A stretch of DNA of 64,000 nt, from NCBI GenBank assembly GCA_017513085.1, contig JAFWDK010000010.1:32001-96000 (forward strand), in the 5' to 3' direction. The notes under the pieces are model-generated. The model searched no databases, was not told the DNA's origin, and saw nothing but the letters and a program-made list of their open reading frames with translations. Source of the stretch: Clostridiales bacterium (GTDB lineage: Bacteria > Bacillota > Clostridia > Saccharofermentanales > Saccharofermentanaceae). Positions 38,129 to 48,096 of this stretch are shown in pieces. A program made the translations under genes and the position numbers. Every line of letters starts with the position of its first letter. Position 1 is the first letter of the stretch.

Positions 38129-39592
38129 ATGAGACGTTTGTTTGAAATCGATCTTAAGGATTATGAAGGCTGTACTAAGGTTTTCCGGCGGCCTTCGGTC
38201 CGTGCGGTCATCTTTAGAGGAAATAGAATCGCCATGGTTTATGCTACCAATGAGAAATACTATAAGTTTCCCGGAGGCGGCATGCATGATGACGAAGATA
38301 AGAAGGAGACCCTTCTTCGTGAGGTGAAAGAAGAGGTCGGTCTGGACGTTATTCCGGAAAGTATAGAAGAATTCGGAAGCGTTCTTCGAAGACAAAGAAG
38401 TGACCGGGATCCGGATACGGTCTTCGAGCAGGAGAATTTCTATTTCACATGCCAGACTCAGGCATTACAGGGACAGCAACATCTTGATGATTATGAAGCA
38501 GAGGCCGGCTTCGAGCTTCGCTTGGTGGATATCGATGAAGCCATCCGGGTCAACAAAGAGTACCGGAGTGAGTGCTTTTTCAACGAGATCATGATCGATC
38601 GGGAAAGACGTGTGCTGGAAATGATCAAATCGGAACGGTACGATGTGGTAGCTCTGGGTGAATTACTGATCGATTTTACGGAGTCGGGAAAAAGTGCGGA
38701 TGGAATGAAGCTTTTTGAGCAGAATCCGGGCGGAGCGCCGGCCAATCTTCTGACTGTTGTGAGCCATTTCGGATATAAGACAGCATTTATTGGGAAAGTC
38801 GGCGAGGATATGCACGGTCGGTTTCTGATTGAAACGCTGGAAAAAGAGGGAATCGATACCCGATCGGTGATCAGGGATCCGGAACAGTTTACTACACTTG
38901 CTTTTGTCGGACTCGATAAAAACGGGGAGAGGACTTTCTCGTTTGCCAGAAAGCCTGGCGCGGATACGATGCTCCGAAACGAAGAACTCGATCGGAAACG
39001 AATTTCCAATTGTAAGGTGTTCCACTTCGGTTCTCTTTCATTGACCGATGAACCGGCCAGGAGCGCGACGTGGGAAGCGGTGAGGATCGCCAAAGGCTGT
39101 GGAGCAACGGTTTCTTATGATCCGAATTACCGTGCCTCTTTGTGGCCGGATGAAGAAACTGCGACCGAAGTGATGCGTTCGGCGGTCCCTCGTGCTGATG
39201 TGCTGAAAGTATCGGAGGAAGAGAGTACCCTTCTTACAGGTTGTGCGGATCTTGAGGCGGCGGCAGACCGCTTATTGGCTATGGGACCGAAATTTCTAGC
39301 CATCACTCTCGGAAGCGAGGGTGTCCTGATCGCAAGAAAAGACAGAAAAGAGCGCGTGGAAGCGTTCCGGGTAAAAAGTGTCGACACGACCGGAGCGGGG
39401 GATTCTTTCTGGGGCGGGTTCATAAGCCGGTGGCTGTCTAATGGTGCAGATATAGAAGAGATGAAATGGGGAGAACTGGTAAGATGTGCACGGACAGGTA
39501 ATGCGGTTGCCGCTTTGTGCGTACAGAAACGGGGCGGGATCCCTTCTGTTCCTTCCAAGGAAGAAGTGGAGAAACTACTGAGCGATACGTGA
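38129..39592 (+). CDS. Fusion: NUDIX hydrolase + PfkB-family (fructokinase-like) kinase
   Basis: Nudix box PGGGMHDDEDKKETLLREVKEEVG, then DVVALGELLIDF, PGGAPAN, YDPNYR and VDTTGAGDSFWGG. Confidence 0.88.
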   Translation: MRRLFEIDLKDYEGCTKVFRRPSVRAVIFRGNRIAMVYATNEKYYKFPGGGMHDDEDKKETLLREVKEEVGLDVIPESIEEFGSVLRRQRSDRDPDTVFEQENFYFTCQTQALQGQQHLDDYEAEAGFELRLVDIDEAIRVNKEYRSECFFNEIMIDRERRVLEMIKSERYDVVALGELLIDFTESGKSADGMKLFEQNPGGAPANLLTVVSHFGYKTAFIGKVGEDMHGRFLIETLEKEGIDTRSVIRDPEQFTTLAFVGLDKNGERTFSFARKPGADTMLRNEELDRKRISNCKVFHFGSLSLTDEPARSATWEAVRIAKGCGATVSYDPNYRASLWPDEETATEVMRSAVPRADVLKVSEEESTLLTGCADLEAAADRLLAMGPKFLAITLGSEGVLIARKDRKERVEAFRVKSVDTTGAGDSFWGGFISRWLSNGADIEEMKWGELVRCARTGNAVAALCVQKRGGIPSVPSKEEVEKLLSDT

Positions 39593-39642
39593 TTCTATTG
39601 CGAGGTATATACGGAAGAATGAAGAAAGGACGAGGAACAATT

Positions 39643-40422
39643 ATGAGACTGGCTGCATTTCAATTTGCCGTATGTGGCTGCCTGGCGCAGAACATTGAAG
39701 TGATCAAGAACGCTATAGAACAGGCTTCTAAGAATAATGTGGATCTGCTTGTGTTTCCTGAATGCGCATTGACGGGCTATCCTCCTCGCGATATGGAAAA
39801 GTCCGAAGATATAGATGTGAGTGCGGTCAAGGCCGCAATAGAAGATCTCCGGACTATGGCTGATGACTTGGGCATTCATGTTATTCTTGGTACGATCGAC
39901 CAAACGCAGACGGAATACTATAACCGCGCATATCTGCTTTCGCCTCATGAACCTATACGCTGGTATGATAAGCGGGCTCTGTATGGATGGGATGAAGATA
40001 ACTTTACAGCCGGAAGCGAAAAAGGCGTATATGAAATAGATGGAATCAAGATCGGAATAAGGATCTGCTTCGAAGTGCGTTTCCCGGAGTATTTCAGAGA
40101 ATTGTATGTGGATGACACAGATCTGGACATCGTGCTGTTTTATGATGTAGCGGACAACGAGGATGAGAACCGGTACCAGATGATCCGAGGGCATCTTATT
40201 ACACGAGCTGTCGAAAATGTCACGCCGGTATTATCTGTAAATACGATACATCCATACCAGACGGCACCGACCTGTTTCATGAATGCATCCGGAGCCGTTT
40301 GTCAGGAACTTCCCAAGAACAGCGAGGGGATGCTGATATACGATTTCGAGAAACAGGAATTAAACTTTGGTGAGCTCGGTCGTAAACGGTATTCCGATCT
40401 GTTATTGAACCGGAAGGCGTAA
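39643..40422 (+). CDS. Carbon-nitrogen hydrolase (nitrilase superfamily)
   Basis: FPECALTGY, YDKR and ICFEVRFPE give the Glu-Lys-Cys triad. Confidence 0.9.
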   Translation: MRLAAFQFAVCGCLAQNIEVIKNAIEQASKNNVDLLVFPECALTGYPPRDMEKSEDIDVSAVKAAIEDLRTMADDLGIHVILGTIDQTQTEYYNRAYLLSPHEPIRWYDKRALYGWDEDNFTAGSEKGVYEIDGIKIGIRICFEVRFPEYFRELYVDDTDLDIVLFYDVADNEDENRYQMIRGHLITRAVENVTPVLSVNTIHPYQTAPTCFMNASGAVCQELPKNSEGMLIYDFEKQELNFGELGRKRYSDLLLNRKA

Positions 40423-40433
40423 GGAGAGTCAAT

Positions 40434-41018
40434 ATGGAAAAGTTTTATTTCGAGGTGCCGGGCATCGGCAGGAAGCAGGATGCCATCGAGTTCATTCAGG
40501 AGTTTTATGCGCATCAGTCGGACATCAACGGAACCGGCGCGCTGGACAGTTATGTTGATGACTACGAGGGCTGGCTGGAGAAACTGGAGAGGGATTACGT
40601 GCAGGTGCCGAGCGAGGAGCGGGTGCCGGCTCGGACATACTTTCTGGTTCGTGAGTCAGACAAGCGCATCGTGGGCATGATCAACATCCGTCTGGCATTG
40701 AATGAGCGGCTTCGTAAGTACGGCGGCCACATCGGCTACTGCATCCGCCCGACGGAGCGCGGCAAGGGGTACAACAACATGAACCTCTACCTGGGCCTGA
40801 AGGTCTGTGCGGCGCACGGCATCGAAACGGTGTTTATGGATGCGGACCTTGATAATCCGGCGTCGTGGAAGACGATGGAGGCATTTGGCGGCGTACGCAT
40901 CCGCGAGTATTTCGACGATGTGGATGCGCACTGCATGGTGGTCGACTACAATATTGATGTTCGAAAAGCACTGGCCGGTCACCCGGAGTACGAGGATTTG
41001 ACCATATCTCAGGAATAA
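40434..41018 (+). CDS. GNAT acetyltransferase
   Basis: VGMINIRLALN...GGHIGYCIRPTERGKGY and NPASWKTME. Noticeably GC-rich. Confidence 0.9.
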   Translation: MEKFYFEVPGIGRKQDAIEFIQEFYAHQSDINGTGALDSYVDDYEGWLEKLERDYVQVPSEERVPARTYFLVRESDKRIVGMINIRLALNERLRKYGGHIGYCIRPTERGKGYNNMNLYLGLKVCAAHGIETVFMDADLDNPASWKTMEAFGGVRIREYFDDVDAHCMVVDYNIDVRKALAGHPEYEDLTISQE

Positions 41019-41034
41019 GGCGAAGGAGTCTGCG

Positions 41035-42159
41035 ATGATAAAAGCACTGTTTGTCGATTTTTACGGGACGCTCGTTCATGAAGACGGGGAGATCATAAAG
41101 GAGATCACCAACATCATTCATGACACAGGAAACGGGGCGGCGCCTTCCGAGATCGATTCTTTCTGGTGGAAGGACTTTCAGAACATGTTCGTTTCTTCCT
41201 TTGGCGACAGCTTCGAGCTGCAGCGCGATATCGAGCGAAAAGCACTTGCCCACACGACCGGGAAATTCGAATCTGCGGCAGATGCTTCCGCCTTATGCGA
41301 CCGACTGTTTTCCCAGTGGAGCCGGCCGGAGATTTTTGAAGATACGAAAGAGTTTTTCGATAGATCCCCGCTCCCGATCTATATTGTTTCCAATATTGAT
41401 AACATTGATATCCGTAGTGCCATCGAGTATCACGGACTAAAGCCGGCCGGTGTTTTTACATCGGAAGATGCCAGGTCTTATAAACCGCGAAAAGAACTGT
41501 TCGAGCTGGCGCTTTCCAAGACCGGACTTGATCCGGAGGAAGTGATCCATATCGGAGATTCGGTAAGCAGCGATGTTAAAGGGGCGTCGGCACTGGGGAT
41601 CAGGACTTTGTGGCTGAACCGCTTCGGTAAGGAGGTCCCTTCCGGGGTGACCTCGATTTCCACTCTTCTGGAGGTATTTATGAATTTGGATATTACTATT
41701 CGAAAAGCAACGCTGGATGATCTTCCGGCGCTTCGGGATCTTTATCTGGCGCTGGAGGAAGACGGCGTCCGGTACCAGCCGGAACACTTTGTGATCGGAG
41801 AGAGAACAGACGAATTCTTCCAGTCGATCTTTGACAGTGATACCCAGGATATCCTGGTAGCAGATATCGGCGGCGAAGCAGTCGGATTTGTGCATGTGAT
41901 GATCCTTCAGCAGAAAAAAGTCTCCTGCCTGAAGCCGCAGAGCGTGGTCTATATGCAGGACCTTTGCGTCCGCGAGGATCTTCGTAGCAAAGGCATCGGC
42001 ACCATCTTAGTCAAAGAGGCGAAGAAGTACGGAAAAGAGAAAGGCGTGGATTTTATCCGCACGCAGGTATTCCCCGGAAATGTGGATGGCATGCGCTTTT
42101 ATGAGAGAAACGGCTTCTGCGAGATGATGAAGACCATCGAGTGCCAGTCGCTGGACTAA
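41035..42159 (+). CDS. Fusion: HAD hydrolase + GNAT acetyltransferase
   Basis: FVDFYGTL, VSNID, YKP and HIGDSVSSD, then ITIRKAT...LCVREDLRSKGIG...FYERNGF. Confidence 0.88.
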   Translation: MIKALFVDFYGTLVHEDGEIIKEITNIIHDTGNGAAPSEIDSFWWKDFQNMFVSSFGDSFELQRDIERKALAHTTGKFESAADASALCDRLFSQWSRPEIFEDTKEFFDRSPLPIYIVSNIDNIDIRSAIEYHGLKPAGVFTSEDARSYKPRKELFELALSKTGLDPEEVIHIGDSVSSDVKGASALGIRTLWLNRFGKEVPSGVTSISTLLEVFMNLDITIRKATLDDLPALRDLYLALEEDGVRYQPEHFVIGERTDEFFQSIFDSDTQDILVADIGGEAVGFVHVMILQQKKVSCLKPQSVVYMQDLCVREDLRSKGIGTILVKEAKKYGKEKGVDFIRTQVFPGNVDGMRFYERNGFCEMMKTIECQSLD

Positions 42160-42265
42160 ACGCTTAGCGGTGCTGGACCCCCTAGTAATCTTTACTAACT
42201 CCCTATCAAGACTGAACTCCCCCCCTTAGTGATTAAAGTTTGAATGTAATCAGCAAAATCTTTTG

Positions 42266-42295
42266 TTGACAAAAACTAATGATCGTTAGTATAAT
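42266..42295 (+). promoter_or_regulatory. Sigma-A promoter with an overlapping TetR-type operator
   Basis: TTGACA-18 nt-TATAAT, with the imperfect palindrome ACTAATGATCGTTAGT (42275-42290) in the spacer. Confidence 0.8.
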
Positions 42296-42331
42296 CTCTA
42301 ACGAATGAAAGCAAATGTGAGGTCGATGAGA

Positions 42332-42961
42332 ATGAGCAGAAAAGAAGAGATCATCTACGCGACGCTGGAACTTGCCTCTGCAAACGGCATGAAAGGTGTG
42401 TCTATGTCGCAGATCGCAGAGAAGGTGGGGATCAAGGCACCATCAATTTATAACCACTTCAAGTCGAAGGACGAGATCATCCAGGAGATGTACCGTTTTC
42501 TTCGCGAGCAGGCGCTGAAAAACAGCAGGACGGCTCCTCTGGATTATGCCGCGATGTTTGAGAAGAAGAGCCTTCAGGAGATCCTTATGGGTTCTCTTTC
42601 TGCTTATATGGGGATCGTGTCTGATAAAGATATGCTCCGGTTCTTCAAGGTCCTTTATTCCGAACGATCCACAAATCCGGTCGCCGCGAAGATCATGGTG
42701 GAAGAGACGGAACGGATGCTTTCCCAGTCCAGGGATCTATTCTACGCCTTGGCCGTGCACGGAAAAATCCGAAACGAGAATGTGGATATGGCCTCGATGA
42801 CATATTCGCTCACCATGCACTCACTGATCGATTACCGGATGGATCAGATCACATCCGGAGAAGAAAAAAGATTTGGCGACGGGAAAAGCACTGTCCCCAA
42901 GAATATCACGGAGTTTGTGAAATGGTTTAGCTTTCAGCTGGCAGTACCGGAAAAAAGATAA
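42332..42961 (+). CDS. TetR/AcrR-family regulator
   Basis: KEEIIYATLEL...VSMSQIAEKVGIKAPSIYNHFKSKDEI. The start could be 42326. Confidence 0.93.
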   Translation: MSRKEEIIYATLELASANGMKGVSMSQIAEKVGIKAPSIYNHFKSKDEIIQEMYRFLREQALKNSRTAPLDYAAMFEKKSLQEILMGSLSAYMGIVSDKDMLRFFKVLYSERSTNPVAAKIMVEETERMLSQSRDLFYALAVHGKIRNENVDMASMTYSLTMHSLIDYRMDQITSGEEKRFGDGKSTVPKNITEFVKWFSFQLAVPEKR

Positions 42962-42981
42962 AAGAAAGAGATGAAAAACAC

Positions 42982-43668
42982 ATGCAAAATGAAATGACGA
43001 TGAATGTAGATACGAATGCAAAAAAGAAACTGATCAACTGGATCGGGCTCCTGGGTATAGTGGCATTTCTGTCCTATCTGGCGGCATTGATCTTTTCGCC
43101 ACTGGATTTCCCAGGTTATAACTGGATGGAACAGGCAGCCAGTGACCTGTCTGCGGATTCCGCGCCATCTCGGCATCTCTGGGAGCAGCTGTCTGCATTT
43201 TATGATGCCGGAAGTGTCGTATGTGCCACCTGTATCGCGATCTATGTGTCGGAGAAGAAGATCTCCACGAAACTGTTCCGCCTTGGCATTTACCTTTTTA
43301 CGATCATGAACTGGGTCTCGAAGGTGGGATACCAGATGTTTGCCCTTTCCGATTCGGGAAAGGATATTGCCGGATTTCAGGAAACGATGCATATGGTAGT
43401 CACAGCGATTGTTGTGGTTCTCTCTATCGTATCTTTGATCATGCTGATCGTATCGGGATGCCGGCATAAGGAAGTCCGAGGCCCCGGGATCTGGGCGGCG
43501 ATCGCACTTGCCATGATGTTCATGGGTCCCATCGGGATGGGTGCTTTTCCCGCTAAATACTTCGGCATATTCGAAAGATTCAGTACTGTTGCGGCAGTCG
43601 GATATAATGCCGTACTGGGTGTATATCTGTTTCAAGGTTTCCGAATCTCTCAGAAATCTGAAGATTAA
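42982..43668 (+). CDS. DUF998-like membrane protein
   Basis: PGYNW...ASDLSA, about 6 TM helices, conserved His (MHM) and GIFERFS. Confidence 0.7.
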   Translation: MQNEMTMNVDTNAKKKLINWIGLLGIVAFLSYLAALIFSPLDFPGYNWMEQAASDLSADSAPSRHLWEQLSAFYDAGSVVCATCIAIYVSEKKISTKLFRLGIYLFTIMNWVSKVGYQMFALSDSGKDIAGFQETMHMVVTAIVVVLSIVSLIMLIVSGCRHKEVRGPGIWAAIALAMMFMGPIGMGAFPAKYFGIFERFSTVAAVGYNAVLGVYLFQGFRISQKSED

Positions 43669-43735
43669 CGGAGAGAACACGGATCCTTTTATACTACGAA
43701 GCTGTTTCTCGAAAATGAGATGAGATGATATACTC

Positions 43736-43778
43736 AACTTAGTTCGGATGGAGAACTGTCCGGACTAAGTTTTTTATT
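43736..43778 (+). terminator. Intrinsic terminator
   Basis: AACTTAGTTCGGA-loop-TCCGGACTAAGTT followed by a T run. Confidence 0.7.
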
Positions 43779-43814
43779 TCGACATATCGTTTGGCATTCG
43801 CAAGGGGAACGTAG

Positions 43815-44456
43815 ATGGATAAACACTTATTTTTTGAAAACGCCTACTTCGTGATCGGTACTTCCTATGCCGGGAAGTCCACGATGGTAAAAGAACTTGC
43901 AAAGAAACATAACGGGATCGCCTGTGAGGAGAACTATCACGATAACTATCCGGAGAAACTGGATAAAGAAGAGTTTCCTTGTCTGACGTATACGCGTGAT
44001 CTGGTGGACTGGCATGATTTTATCCGCCGTTCTCCGCAGGAATATAAGGACTGGATCGACGGCGCCAAGAGAGAAAGCGGAATACTCGAACTTCGAATGC
44101 TGCCGGAGATCTGCAGTAAAGGAAAGCCTGTGTTTGTGGATACGAATATCAGCCTGGATGACCTTCGTGTGATCACACCGAAGAACCATGTCGTCGTCCT
44201 TCTTTCGGATCCGCAGATCTCGATCCACCGCTTCTTCGACCGTCCGGACCCGGAGAAGCAGTTCTTGTATAAGCTGATGCTGGAAGAGCCGGATCCGGAG
44301 GCGGCACTGGCCAATTATCGAAAAGGCCTGGAACTGATCTGTTCACAGGAAGCCTATGATACACTTCTGAACTCCGGATTTGCCGTTATTCATCGTGATG
44401 AGAACAGAACGATCGAACAGACCGCCGCGCTCATAGACGAGATTTTCGGGTTATAA
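43815..44456 (+). CDS. P-loop small-molecule kinase-like protein
   Basis: N-terminal Walker A GTSYAGKS with an NMP/shikimate-kinase-like layout. Confidence 0.75.
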   Translation: MDKHLFFENAYFVIGTSYAGKSTMVKELAKKHNGIACEENYHDNYPEKLDKEEFPCLTYTRDLVDWHDFIRRSPQEYKDWIDGAKRESGILELRMLPEICSKGKPVFVDTNISLDDLRVITPKNHVVVLLSDPQISIHRFFDRPDPEKQFLYKLMLEEPDPEAALANYRKGLELICSQEAYDTLLNSGFAVIHRDENRTIEQTAALIDEIFGL

Positions 44457-44483
44457 TGTGATCATTACATAGGAAGGAAGATC

Positions 44484-45437
44484 ATGATGAAGTCGGATTT
44501 CTTTTCAGGATTAGCGGAGAATAATAGAGAGCTGCTTCTGAAGGTCCCGATGAGTGATATTCATAATCACTCTACGAAGGGATGCAGACGCAGCTGGCTG
44601 GCGGAACAATTAAATATGGTTCTGCCGGAGCCTCCTGAAAAGTTCGATGGCCTTTCCGGTATGCAGGAATGGTTCACGAGAGAGATCAAGCCATACTGCA
44701 CCGGCAAAGAAGGCATCATACTCCGGTGGGAAGGTGCTTTTGCCGAGGCGAAAAGAAACAACATCGTACGGCTTGCGATGAACTTCGGCGTGACGGAGAT
44801 CGATCTGGTCGGCGGAATGGAGCCGTTTCGGAAAATGATCGACGGATTTCATCAGAAGCATTGTCCGGACACGGTATTCGAGCCGGAGATCACCTATATC
44901 TTGCTATGTAATGTGGAAGCAGAGACCGAAAGGATGGATCAGTTCGTTTCAGACGGATACTTCCGATCCATCGATGTCTGCGGCGGAGAAAACCTGCGGC
45001 CAATCGAAGATTTCCTGCCGCTCTATCGGAAAGCGGAGCAATATCATCTGGTCAAGAAGATGCATGTCGGAGAAAGCGGGCCGGCGGAAGATATCCGTAA
45101 AGCCGTGGAAATCCTGGGCCTGGATGAGGTCCACCACGGGATCCGCGCGGCCGATTCGAAAGACGTGATGCGCTTCCTAGCCGAGAACAAGATTCAGCTG
45201 AATGTGTGCCCGAGCAGTAACGTGATGCTGGGATATGCACGTAGTTTCAAAGACCATCCAATCAAGGTGCTCTTCGAAAGCGGGGTCAAGGTGACGATCA
45301 ACACAGACGATCTACTGATCTTTGACAGCTCGATCGAAAACGAATACCTGCTTTTATACCGCGCGTGTGTACTTAGTGCAGAACAATTAAATGAGATACG
45401 ATTGCTGGGCAACAGACCACGATCGAGAAGTATCTGA
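44484..45437 (+). CDS. Adenosine deaminase-family protein
   Basis: Motifs DIHNH, HVGE, HHGI, CPSSN and TINTDD. Confidence 0.88.
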   Translation: MMKSDFFSGLAENNRELLLKVPMSDIHNHSTKGCRRSWLAEQLNMVLPEPPEKFDGLSGMQEWFTREIKPYCTGKEGIILRWEGAFAEAKRNNIVRLAMNFGVTEIDLVGGMEPFRKMIDGFHQKHCPDTVFEPEITYILLCNVEAETERMDQFVSDGYFRSIDVCGGENLRPIEDFLPLYRKAEQYHLVKKMHVGESGPAEDIRKAVEILGLDEVHHGIRAADSKDVMRFLAENKIQLNVCPSSNVMLGYARSFKDHPIKVLFESGVKVTINTDDLLIFDSSIENEYLLLYRACVLSAEQLNEIRLLGNRPRSRSI

Positions 45438-45523
45438 AGAAGTCGAAGCATTATACTTAGAAGACTTTGACAGATCCCCGAAGAATCACTACGATGAGAA
45501 GAGAATGTGTAAAGGAGATCTAC

Positions 45524-46315
45524 ATGCTGACCAAAGAAGATATCTTCCGTTTTCTTCAAGAGGCGGGAATCAAACACGATGATAAGGTAACGATCCACTG
45601 TTCGCTCCGTTCGATTGGAAAAATCGAGAATGGGGCAGATGGATTGATCGATGCTTTCTGCGAATACATGAAAAACGGTCTCTTTATTGTACCGACGCAC
45701 ACATGGAATAAGGTGTGGAGAGAGACTCCCTATTACGATGTCAGATCAACGGTTCCGGATATCGGGACACTTGCCGAGGTCGCTGCTTTTCGAAAAGATG
45801 GCGTACGGTCTCTGCATCCGACCCACTCTGTGACGGTCTTCGGAAAAGGCGCGGAAGAGTTTGTAAAGGGAGAGGAGAAGTGTGGATCTCCGGCGCCTGT
45901 CGGAAGCTGTATCAGCCGCCTCTACGAAGAAGGCGGAAAAGTCCTTCTGGTCGGTGTCGGCCATGAGAGAAACACGTATCTTCACTCGGTGGATGAACGC
46001 CTGAAGATCCCGGACCGTCTGAATCCGAATCCTTTCGAGATCACGATCATCGACCACCAGGGGCGCGAACTGAAATCGCCTCCGTTTCACTCGCACTACA
46101 CGGCGGCCGCTGACCGCTGCGTCTCCGAATATTATCCGAACTATAAAGAAGCTTTTGAGTACAAAGGGGCGGTGACGTATAGTAAACTCGGCAACGCGCT
46201 GGTATATGTTTGCGACTGTAGGAAAATGACGGACACCCTTAAAACGATGTGGGAACGCACAGATCGGGATCTATGCATCTCGGCAGATCCGATCCCGAGG
46301 GAACTTTATGAATGA
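45524..46315 (+). CDS. Aminoglycoside N3-acetyltransferase (AAC(3)/YokD) family protein
   Basis: HCSLRSIG, RSLHPTHS, LLVGV...NTYLHSVDE. Start follows AAGGAG. Confidence 0.85.
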   Translation: MLTKEDIFRFLQEAGIKHDDKVTIHCSLRSIGKIENGADGLIDAFCEYMKNGLFIVPTHTWNKVWRETPYYDVRSTVPDIGTLAEVAAFRKDGVRSLHPTHSVTVFGKGAEEFVKGEEKCGSPAPVGSCISRLYEEGGKVLLVGVGHERNTYLHSVDERLKIPDRLNPNPFEITIIDHQGRELKSPPFHSHYTAAADRCVSEYYPNYKEAFEYKGAVTYSKLGNALVYVCDCRKMTDTLKTMWERTDRDLCISADPIPRELYE

Positions 46316-46331
46316 TGGCAGGGAGTTCACT

Positions 46332-46805
46332 ATGGAAATTACGTATAGAAAACTCACAGAGAATGAACTGGGCGAGATCATTAGAATGAGGATCGACCAG
46401 CTGACGGAGGAATATACTGAAGTAGGCAGGACCGTGCCGGAGGGTGTGGATCTGGAGGAATCCCTGATGGATTTCTATAAGAGGAACCTGGCGGCCGGCA
46501 CGTATGTCTCGTGGCTTGCCTTTGACGGCGATAAGATCGTCGGGACAAGCGGGATGTCCTTCGCGGAGAAGCCGCCCTATTTTACCTGTCCGACCGGAAG
46601 ACTGGGGATTCTGTCGAGTATGTACACGGATCCGGACTACAGAAGGATGGGAATAGCTTCCGAACTTCTTAAAAGAGTTGTCCAGGAAGCCAAGGACTAT
46701 GGCTGCGGGACGATCTACATCACGGCATCGGATGTGGGCGTGAAACTTTATGAGGCGAACGGCTTCAAGCATAACGGGAATTTTCTGCAGTATAATTTTG
46801 TGTGA
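46332..46805 (+). CDS. GNAT acetyltransferase
   Basis: Motifs MYTDPDYRRMGIA and LYEANGF. Confidence 0.9.
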   Translation: MEITYRKLTENELGEIIRMRIDQLTEEYTEVGRTVPEGVDLEESLMDFYKRNLAAGTYVSWLAFDGDKIVGTSGMSFAEKPPYFTCPTGRLGILSSMYTDPDYRRMGIASELLKRVVQEAKDYGCGTIYITASDVGVKLYEANGFKHNGNFLQYNFV

Positions 46806-46821
46806 CAGGTGGTACAGTAAT

Positions 46822-47385
46822 ATGCTTATACATACAGGAACCCGGACAATTGAGACGGAACGGCTGATCCTTCGCCGCTTCGAGTATTCGGATATTGATT
46901 CCATGATCCGTAACTGGATCGCGGATGAGAAGACGCAGTGGGATTATGGCGAGCCGTGTTATACGACCCCTGAAGCCGTCCGTGAACTTCTGGATACGAA
47001 GTATATTGTCTCTTACGCCAGAGAAGACTATTACCGTTGGGCTGTGATCGAGAAAGAATCAGGCGAATGCATCGGGCAGATCGCCTATTTTACAGTAGAT
47101 ACTAAGAATCAACATGGTGAGATCGAGTACGTGATCGGACCGTCGTTTCAGGGGCGTGGGTATGCCACCGAGATGACCAAAGCCGTCATCGCATTCGGGT
47201 TTGAAAAGATCAACTTCCACCGGATCGAGATCGACTGCCGGACAGAAAACGAAGCCTCCCGAAAAGTGATCGAGAAGTGCGGCCTGACATATGAAGGTGT
47301 CTTCCGAGATTTCTTCTGGAGATCTGATCACTACGAAGGACGAAGAGTATTCTCTATTTTGAAAGAGGAGTGGAAAGGCCAATGA
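46822..47385 (+). CDS. RimJ/RimL-type GNAT
   Basis: Motifs IETERLILR, FQGRGYATE and NEASRKVIEKCG. Confidence 0.9.
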   Translation: MLIHTGTRTIETERLILRRFEYSDIDSMIRNWIADEKTQWDYGEPCYTTPEAVRELLDTKYIVSYAREDYYRWAVIEKESGECIGQIAYFTVDTKNQHGEIEYVIGPSFQGRGYATEMTKAVIAFGFEKINFHRIEIDCRTENEASRKVIEKCGLTYEGVFRDFFWRSDHYEGRRVFSILKEEWKGQ

Positions 47386-47975
47386 CAGAAAAAGAAAAGG
47401 CACAGGCCGGGTACTTATATAACGCCAACTATGATGAAGAGATATTGAAAGATATCTACGCATGCAATGATCTGTGCTATGAGTTTAATCAGATCAGACC
47501 ATCTGACCGAGAAGCGCAGGCGAAGCTTTTAGCGAAGATTTTCGGTACTATGGGGAAAAATGTATATGTAAATGCTCCGTTCTGGTGTGATTACGGATAC
47601 AACACGACGGTCGGCGATTATTTCTTTGCCAATCGTAATTGTCAGATCTTAGATGGCGGTAAGGTCACATTCGGGGACCATGTTTTTATCGCACCTAATT
47701 GTACTTTTACGACGGCCGAACATGCCTTGGATGCACAGCAGAGAAATGCGGGCCTTGAGGTTGCGCTACCTATCTCTATCGGGAATAATGTCTGGATCGG
47801 CGCAGGTGTTACTGTTCTCGGAGGCGTGACGATCGGAGATAATACGGTGATTGGGGCCGGAAGTGTAGTGACGAAAGATATTCCTTCAAATGTTGTCGCG
47901 GTAGGTGTTCCGTGCCGGGTCCAAAGAGAAATTACAGAGGAAGATAAGAAAAGGTATCCGATCTTCGAGGAATAA
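47382..47975 (+). CDS. maa: Sugar O-acetyltransferase (maltose/galactoside type)
   Basis: PFWCDYG and hexapeptide repeats IGNNVWIG..IGAGSVVTKDIP..GVPC. ATGA overlap with the upstream gene. Confidence 0.88.
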   Translation: MTEKEKAQAGYLYNANYDEEILKDIYACNDLCYEFNQIRPSDREAQAKLLAKIFGTMGKNVYVNAPFWCDYGYNTTVGDYFFANRNCQILDGGKVTFGDHVFIAPNCTFTTAEHALDAQQRNAGLEVALPISIGNNVWIGAGVTVLGGVTIGDNTVIGAGSVVTKDIPSNVVAVGVPCRVQREITEEDKKRYPIFEE

Positions 47976-48010
47976 GGGAAAAACGTATTCAAAGATCAAT
48001 AAGGCGATTG

Positions 48011-48042
48011 AAAGCAGTCCGAAGAATCTTCGGCTGCTTTTC
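48011..48042 (+). terminator. Intrinsic terminator
   Basis: AAAGCAG(T)CCGAAG-aat-CTTCGGCTGCTTTT. Confidence 0.75.
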
Positions 48043-48096
48043 TGTTATAATCGTTAGAGGAAACTTATTACTAGGGTGAGAGGATTATCAGTACCG

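Noticed and set aside
42160-42260. C-rich intergenic stretch with a small dyad (TAGTAA-tct-TTACTA) as ncRNA or IS end
   Set aside because: There is no second copy, no transposase and no recognisable RNA family motif.
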